A stretch of DNA of 43,152 nucleotides from Chiloscyllium plagiosum (lineage: Eukaryota), in contig NC_057720.1 in assembly GCF_004010195.1 (NCBI RefSeq), forward strand, positions 23,864,135-23,907,286. Reading direction: 5' to 3'. Below are positions 35,993 to 43,152 of the stretch, piece by piece. A model generated the notes under the pieces. It did not search any database. It was not told the DNA's origin and was given only the letters and a program-made list of their open reading frames with translations. A program made the position numbers and the translations under genes. Positions within the stretch are counted from its first letter, which is position 1. Each line of letters opens with the position of its first letter.

Positions 35993-37084
35993 ATGCTTAC
36001 ACATTGACCAATTAAAAGTTGAGCCATTTGTCTATTTTTTTGTTGCTGGATTATCATATGAATGTTATTTTCCATTATTTTTGTGGGTTAGCACTGTATC
36101 AACAGTGATAATGATAAGTTATCCTGGCTGGTGTGAGTCTCACCAATAACTGATATATTGTTGGTTAACCTCTAATCTCAGTTTGCTTACTATGAATTGA
36201 TCTATGTCTTCAGTAACCACAACCAGGACTGAAGGAGAAGAATGGGGAATATGGGGCTAGAGTTGAGGTTAGGTTTCAGGACATGGAGTGGATAAGTAAT
36301 CAAGGAATGTTGTCTTTAATTAGTGATACGCTTGATTAAACTCAAAAGAAACTACAAAATAAGCACAACTCACAATCATAAACAAAACATTGTTTTCTGT
36401 GTGTAGAAGATCTACTGTCACTATCAGGACATTTGTTAAAAATCAAACAGTTCCAAAATATTGCAATGCTTAAGAAAAAAATAAATTCTGCATATTTTTG
36501 ACTGAGAGAGGGAAAATAGGGGAAATAATTTTGATATGAATTATTCCTTCGTGCATTACATTTCAAACAAAGTTTTCAGGCAAATACGTCCTATCATTCT
36601 CATCTTGACTGTCACCCACAACATTCCCATCCCCTGCCTATCTCCAGTACCGCCTTGTGGCCGTATCAGTTTTATTCATTCTATTGTGGTATTTTTCCAG
36701 ATTACCACAGCATCTTGTGGTATTTGTGGTATTTGCCACTTCTTATGCGATACTGAATAAAGGTTGTTCAAAATAATTGGCTGCCAACAATTCTCCTTTG
36801 ACTTCCCATTGTCTTGGGCTTACCTCATGATTACCGGTCGAGGATATAGAGTACCTACAAATGAGGCATTGTTCTTAGACAACGAGAAGGTTCATTGCAT
36901 GTTAGAAATAAGCACAACTATGTTTGCTCAGTCATATTGCTTGGAGCGAAGGCAACTTAAACAGATACATCTGCTTCTTCTGAAAGCAGGAGCAAGAAAG
37001 CAACACAGAATGGGTGAAGCCAATAACATTAACCCTTTCAGAACAACACCTGTTGGAATATTGACCTTCATCTCCTCTATCAGT

Positions 37085-37330
37085 TTAACCATTCATGTCA
37101 GCACTATTACCCCTGGCATTCCTCAGGAAGCAGTTCTATCTTTCCTGTCATTTAAATGTCATGATATAAAAGCGTAGAGTCAGCTTCTCCACATATGCTG
37201 ATGAGACCTGACTCAATCTCTGCCCCCAGCATGGATTCCAAAGCAACTGCAGCACAACTTTTGTCCAAAATTGAGTCCTGGATGATACATTGTTTTCTCC
37301 AAATCAGTTTTGATAGTGCTGTATAGAACA
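37085..37330 (+). mobile_element. Ancient L2-like RT remnant
   Basis: GIPQEAVLSFLSF resembles [22 protein letters not shown] resembles F..YADDTQL. Confidence 0.5.
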
Positions 37331-37565
37331 ACATAAAATGTTACAACATAGAAACAAATCAATCTACTTCCATGCTGGAGTATTCCACACATGTCTCTTC
37401 CCAGCTTGCTTCATTTCCCTTTCTCTCGAACATGATTACCTAGCTTCCCCTTACATTAAAGCACTTGCCTCCACATATTCTCCATCCCGAACCAGTGTCT
37501 TGAGAAAAATGTTTTCAAACGTTACTAATTGTATTGGTGATGATTTACTGTTTATGGCTAAATAT

Positions 37566-37660
37566 ATAGTTCTGAAGAAGACTCATTGGACCCAGAAACG
37601 TTAACCCTGCTTTCACTCTACAGATGCTGCCAGAGTTTTCCCAGTAATTTCTGTTTTTGA
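37566..37660 (+). mobile_element. PLE-terminus remnant, family C
   Basis: agttCTGAAGAagactcattggacccaGAAACGTTaac...cagatgctgccaga. Confidence 0.75.
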
Positions 37661-37837
37661 CACTATTTATGGCTAATAGTTCTGAACTCTCCACAAAAGG
37701 AAAAATCTTCTTTACATCTATCCTATAGAAGCCCTTCTTATTTTTGAAACACTTTACCATTTCACCTGTTTGTTTTGGAAGGCATGCATTTATTTGCACC
37801 AGCATTTAACACCTTTTAGTATGAACCCTAACAACTT

Positions 37838-38144
37838 TAGATTTTTTTTTAGATTACTTACAGTGTGGAAACAGGCCCTTCGGCCCAACAGGTCCACACC
37901 GACCCTCTGAAGAGCAACCCACCCCCCTACATTTACCCCTTCACCTAACACTACAGGCAATTTAGCATGGCCAATTCACCTAACCTGCACATCTTTGTGA
38001 CTGTGGGAGGAAACCAGAAGCACCTGGAGGAAACCCACACAGACACGGGGAGAATGTGCAAACTCCACACAGACAGTTGCCTGAGGCGGGTATTGAACCC
38101 GGGTCTCTGGTGCTGTGAGGCAGCAGTGCTAACCACTGTGCCAC
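37838..38144 (-). mobile_element. HE1-type SINE
   Basis: acagtgtggaaacaggcccttcggccc...gcagcagtgctaaccactgtgccac. Confidence 0.93.
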
Positions 38145-38294
38145 AAGTAACTCAGTGCCCCATGAGGTCTGGGCTACGTGATGAGTGAATAATCTGAGGA
38201 ATTGATTTTAATTGTCTAGTCTGGATTACTACTGCTTCTTTTCACCTCTGAAGAACTACCTGACTGTCACCCAGGTAGTCCCATCACTGTCACA

Positions 38295-38487
38295 TTCACA
38301 GAGTCCCTAGTGTGAAAACAGACCAATTAACCCATCGAGTCCATAGCAACCCTCCGAAGAGCATCCCACCCAAGTCACCCCTCTATCCTGTCCCTGTAAA
38401 CCTGCATTTCCCATGGATAATCCACCTAGCCTCCACACCTCTGAACACAATGGGCAAATTAGCATGGCCAATCCATCAAACCTGCAT
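38295..38487 (-). mobile_element. HE1-type SINE 3' part (appears to resume at about 39045)
   Basis: gggcaaattagcatggccaatccatcaaacctgcat, then atctttggact after the Rex1 insertion. Confidence 0.75.
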
Positions 38488-38681
38488 ATTGAATTGAATT
38501 GAATTTATTATCACGTGTACCAAGGCACAGTGAAAAGCTTTGTCTTACGAGCAATACAGGCAGATTACATAGTTAAGTAGCATAGATAAGTAAATAATAG
38601 TAAACAGAGGCATAAACAAAAACACAGGTACAGTCGAATGTTAAAAGTTTGTGAGTCCATTCAGTATTCAAAAAATAGTAG

Positions 38682-38830
38682 AGTGTGATTTGGAGATGCC
38701 GGTGTTGGACTGGGGCATAAAAAGGTAAAAACCACAACCACCTGATGAAGGAGCAGTGCTCCGAAAGCTACTGCTTCCAATTAAACCTGTTGGAGTATAA
38801 CCTGGTGTTGTGTTATTTTTACCTTTGTAC
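38682..38830. mobile_element. PLE-terminus mini-element, family B, with inverted end, nested in Rex1
   Basis: Inverted end gatttggagatgccggtgttggactgggg, followed by the direct terminus. Confidence 0.85.
38738..38773 (+). ncRNA. Minimal hammerhead ribozyme motif, family B
   Basis: cac-CTGATGA-A-GGAGC agt GCTCC-GAAAG-CTA. Confidence 0.68.
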
Positions 38831-39169
38831 AAATGTAGGGTAGAAACTGTTGCGAAACCAGCTGGTGCGTGGTTCAGGCTTCTGTACCTTCTCCCCGATG
38901 GTAGAGGTTGTAGAAAAAACATTGCCAGGGTGGGATGGATCGCTGAGACTGCTGGCAGCCTTTACTTGACAGCGGGCCTGGTAGATGGATTCTATAGATG
39001 GGAGGTTGGTCTTTGTGATTGTCCGGGCCGAGTTCACCACTCTGTATCTTTGGACTTTTGCTGATGCTATCTTCACCTCACATTTTGGCATCTCAAATAT
39101 TCTGTTCACCTGACTCCTACACTTCACTCTTCACAAAATTCCAGTTTATTTAACAATCCATATGGGGTA

Positions 39170-39292
39170 TATTTGCCCCACTACTTCCGACATTGCAAGT
39201 GACTCCCTCAGATGTAACTCATTGTTTGCAATGTATTTCGAGATGTCCTGTGGTTATGGAAGACCTTAAAGAAATGTATGTCTTTCTTTCTT
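39170..39292 (+). mobile_element. DeuSINE-type 3' tail
   Basis: gtgact..ctcattg..gatgtcctgtggttatggaag..aaatgtatgtctttctttctt. Confidence 0.5.
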
Positions 39293-41135
39293 CATCCTTG
39301 ATAGTTCGATTGATCCCCTGAATATCTGAGAGTCAAATTCAATTTCCTTTGTTTGATCATCAATATCTCTTAGCCTTGCTTAATCCTTTTCTAGCCACTA
39401 TCCAAGTCCATGCCCTGCAGGATTTTTAGATTTTTAGAGTTTAATTCCACAATACTTTCTGTAACAATTAGTCTCGACTTCATTTTCACTTTCAGACATA
39501 CAGACCACAATGACAGCTCAGACTTCCAGATGCGGACTATTTTCACCCTTTTAGAAGGCTGCATGCCTTGTTAATGTACAGATGTATCCTTGATCCCTTT
39601 AATTGTCTATGTAAAGGACACTCCATTTTCCCTTATTCTCACCCCCTCTCAATGGTATTCTTTGGTGTGGCTGATGACTCTTCTCCCAAGAAAACAAGAA
39701 TCCTCACAACTACATTCCCCTCCTCCTGCATTTCTGGGTTCCAGTCAAATATTCAACACTTCCTGTGCACTCCCACAGGAGACCTGGAAAGAGAAGGGCC
39801 ATAGATATTTGATCCCAAGTTGCATATGATCAGTACAATTCCCTATTAGCATCCATTCATTTGCAGTTTCATTGTGGACAGACGTCAATACCAGATGCAG
39901 GGACAAAAGGTCATGCTTGTGTTAGAATACAGACAGCCCTTCCTCCAAAAGCCCTTTTAATTGCAGTGGTTACATTTTAGCTTGAAAATCCATGGATAAG
40001 GGGAGTAAAATCCAAAATGAAAAATGAATCTGGCTAAGCATTTGTTTCATTTTATTGTTAAAAGAGCTGCTGTGGGCAACATCAAAATGCAGAATGAATT
40101 AAATATTTCATCTACAGAAATAACTAAATGCTGGGACATGCTGAATGTTCAAAATTTGCCTCAGTACTCAAACACAATCCATTACCATTAATAAAATCTT
40201 CTGTTATACACAGACTCCAAAACACATCCATTTTGAAGAGATTTTTTTAATAGGGAATGTGTTGAATATTTATCTACTGTTTCCATATTTTACATAATAC
40301 TGGAAGAAATTAATTTCACATGCATCAGTAAAATTTGAATATTTCTTAAGAAAGTACAGCAGTGCTGTTGATAAGAACCATGGTGTTGTCTGGGATTAAG
40401 TGCTTTTACAAAACTTACAAAACAAGTTTACCGGGAGCTCAGTTTGAAATAGATTGATGTGTTTTCATTAAATAAAATCAAATGATGTAAAACAATGTTA
40501 CACAGAATTATTTCTTTTAAAATGGGATTTGAGATGGATGGGAAGGGGCAGAAAATTAAACATGCTGTCTTTCACATGGTATACTTTAAATTCAACATGT
40601 AATAGACTTCAAGCTAAAATCTAGCCCAGGGTGTGGTTAACTGGATGTTATTTTTTTCCCTGGGCATCTTTTTGCAGCTTTCTACAATTTAAGCATATAA
40701 TAATCATTAAGCATTCTGATCATGAACTATCTCGATCTCCTGGCTAACTCCATGTGACTCATTTTCTCCCCAGAATGGTGCATACCTTCCATCAATCATT
40801 ATTGCATTCTATTCTTAGCCAATCCCAGTTACAATATAACAGAGAAAAAAAATCCAAAGTGCACTGAAACAACAGTATCAGTCTATTTGTGGAACATTAT
40901 TCTGTGTTCGCAAATAAGGGTTTCAGGCATATTGAAATTCTAATGAAACTGCTAGTCACCTTGTTCGGCCAGGCTCTGATAGTTGATTTCTCTTCTATAA
41001 ACAGATTTACACATGGAGGGAGTTCATGTAACAGCAATTTATTGGTTATGTTTTAAAGGTCAGTTCTTTAGCCTTGAGTGAAGCTTTGCATGTGAATTGA
41101 TTCTGAAACTGCCAGACAGCTAAGTTGTAATTTAT

Positions 41136-41150
41136 TGCCATCTAGTGGTC
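41136..41150 (-). promoter_or_regulatory. CTCF-like motif
   Basis: Minus strand gaCCACTAGATGGCA matches the CTCF core CCASYAGRKGGCR, in repeat-free DNA. Confidence 0.4.
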
Positions 41151-41331
41151 ATTTGTTCTAAATCCAGGCTGGTCAAATATTGCAAAACATATTAATAAAA
41201 GTTTTGTACTGGCACTGTATTGTATTGTGCTGTTCACTTGGGTGGAATGTATTGTAGGATTAGACTGAGATCGATTTTTTTAAAACACTTAGGTGGCCAG
41301 AATTCAGAAATGAGCTTCATGAAATTACAAA

Positions 41332-43152
41332 GTAAAAACAATGACTGCAGATGCTGGAAACCAGATTCTGGATCAGTGGTGCTGGAAGAGCACAGCAGTT
41401 CAGGCAGCATCTGAGGAGCTTCAAAATCGACGTTTCGGGCAAAAGCCCTTTATCAGGAATAAAGGCAGAGAGCCTGAAGCGTGGAGAGATAAGTTAGAGG
41501 AGGGTGGGGGTGTGGAGAAAGTAGCATAGAGTACAATAAAGTGGGGTAGGACAAGTCCGGACAAATCATGGGGACAGTGCTGAGCTGGAAGTTCGGAACT
41601 AGAGTGAGGTGGGGGAAGGGGAAATGAAGTCCACATTGATGCCCAAGGGTTGAAGTGTTCCAAGGCGGAAGATGAGGCGTTCTTCCTCCAGGCGTCTGGT
41701 GGTGAGGGAGTGGCAGTAAAGGAGGCCCAGGACCTCCATGTCCTCGGCAGAGTGGGAGGGGGAGTTGAAATGTTGGGCCACGGGGNNNNNNNNNNNNNNN
41801 NNNNNNNNNNNNNNNNNNNNNNNNNNNNNNNNNNNNNNNNNNNNNNNNNNNNNNNNNNNNNNNNNNNNNNNNNNNNNNNNNNNNNNNNNNNNNNNNNNNN
41901 NNNNNNNNNNNNNNNNNNNNNNNNNNNNNNNNNNNNNNNNNNNNNNNNNNNNNNNNNNNNNNNNNNNNNNNNNNNNNNNNNNNNNNNNNNNNNNNNNNNN
42001 NNNNNNNNNNNNNNNNNNNNNNNNNNNNNNNNNNNNNNNNNNNNNNNNNNNNNNNNNNNNNNNNNNNNNNNNNNNNNNNNNNNNNNNNNNNNNNNNNNNN
42101 NNNNNNNNNNNNNNNNNNNNNNNNNNNNNNNNNNNNNNNNNNNNNNNNNNNNNNNNNNNNNNNNNNNNNNNNNNNNNNNNNNNNNNNNNNNNNNNNNNNN
42201 NNNNNNNNNNNNNNNNNNNNNNNNNNNNNNNNNNNNNNNNNNNNNNNNNNNNNNNNNNNNNNNNNNNNNNNNNNNNNNNNNNNNNNNNNNNNNNNNNNNN
42301 NNNNNNNNNNNNNNNNNNNNNNNNNNNNNNNNNNNNNNNNNNNNNNNNNNNNNNNNNNNNNNNNNNNNNNNNNNNNAGACCGCATCGGGAGCAACGGATA
42401 CAATAGATGATATTAGTGGATGTGCAGGTAAAAACTTTGATGATGTGGAAAGCTCCTTTGGGCCTTGGATAAGAGGTGAGGGAGGAGGTGTGGGCGCAGG
42501 TTTTGCAGTTCCTGCGGTGGCAGGGGAAGATGCCAGGATCTTGGGGGGTGTGGACCTGACCAGGTAGTCACGGAGGTCTTTGCAGAAAGGGGTGGGGAGG
42601 GAAATATATCCCTGGTGGTGGGGTCTTTTTTGAGGTGGCGGAAATATCGATGGATGATTTGGTTTATGCAAAGGTTGGTAGGGTGGAAGGTGAGTACCAG
42701 GGGCATTCTGTCCTTGTTACGGTTCGAGGAGTGGGGTCTGAGGGCGGACGTGCAGGATGTGGACGAGATACGTTGGAGGGCATCTTTAACCATGTGGGAA
42801 GGGCAATTGCAGTCTCTAAAGAAGGAGGCCATCTGGTGTGTTCTGTAGTGGAACTGGTCCTCCTGGGAGCAGATACGGCGGAGGCAGAGGAATACGGGAT
42901 GGCATTTTTGCAAGAGGTAGGGTGGGAAGAGGTGTAATCCAGGTAACTGTGGGAGTCGGTGAGTTTGTAAAAAACGTCAGTGTCAAGTCGGTCATCATTA
43001 ATGGAGATGGAGAGGTCCAGGAAGGGGAGGGAGGTGTCAGAGATGGTCCAGGTAAATTTAAGGTCAGGGTGGAATGTGTTGGTGAAGTTGATGAATTGCA
43101 CAACCTCCTCGCGGGAGCACGAGGTGGCACCAATGCAGTCAACAATGTAGCG
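41332..43152 (-). mobile_element. Penelope-like retroelement (Neptune-type): decayed RT, Cys-rich linker, GIY-YIG and 3' terminus; runs off the window
   Basis: RYIVDCIG (degenerate YIDD), FHPDLKFT, LPFLDL, YLDYTSSHP, RRICS, CHRRNCKTCAH, NIIYCIRCSRCG, HFNSPSH..LEEERLIFRLGTLQPLGINVD; hammerhead core at about 41424-41460. Confidence 0.92.

Larger units (their letters stand above)
38488..39045 (-). mobile_element. Rex1/Babar LINE 3' fragment
   Basis: RVVNSARTITKTNLPSIESIYQARC..DPSHPG and PLPSGRRYRSL; (gaatt)n tail. Confidence 0.85.

Noticed and set aside
36374..36501. Minus-strand segment between ctctctCAG and GTGAGT
   Set aside because: T-rich, intron-like composition, weak exonic donor context and no recognisable peptide.
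41421..42671. Long ORFs of 222-416 aa in the track
   Set aside because: Their length comes from the N gap; the real content is frameshifted PLE. The same applies to ORFs over the gaps at 25182 and 29042.
1..43152. CRISPR arrays, operons or prokaryotic systems
   Set aside because: No regularly spaced direct repeats and no dense coding; the DNA is vertebrate and repeat-rich.

Overview
This is eukaryotic, repeat-rich DNA, most likely intronic, from a cartilaginous fish. The shark assignment is inferred from HE1-type SINEs and their CR1/HER1 partner LINEs. There is no intact gene, and almost every ORF in the track is a decayed transposon fragment or noise. The window holds many CR1 LINE pieces (one near full-length), a second CR1/L2-superfamily LINE, Rex1/Babar and L2 remnants, HE1 and Deu-type SINEs, a decayed Harbinger-type Myb/SANT ORF and a Neptune-type Penelope-like element (PLE) at the right end. 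The most notable system is about 15 short PLE-terminus elements from three sequence families. They carry a minimal type-I hammerhead ribozyme motif (CTGANGA-stem II-GAAA-palindromic stem III), intact in some copies and decayed in others, and many are fold-back insertions with 11-16 bp target-site duplications (TSDs). Several junctions show locally templated sequence capture. Two minus-strand exon candidates (27 nt and 58 nt) hint at an unidentified host gene. All calls were made by eye; element boundaries are approximate unless defined by a TSD.
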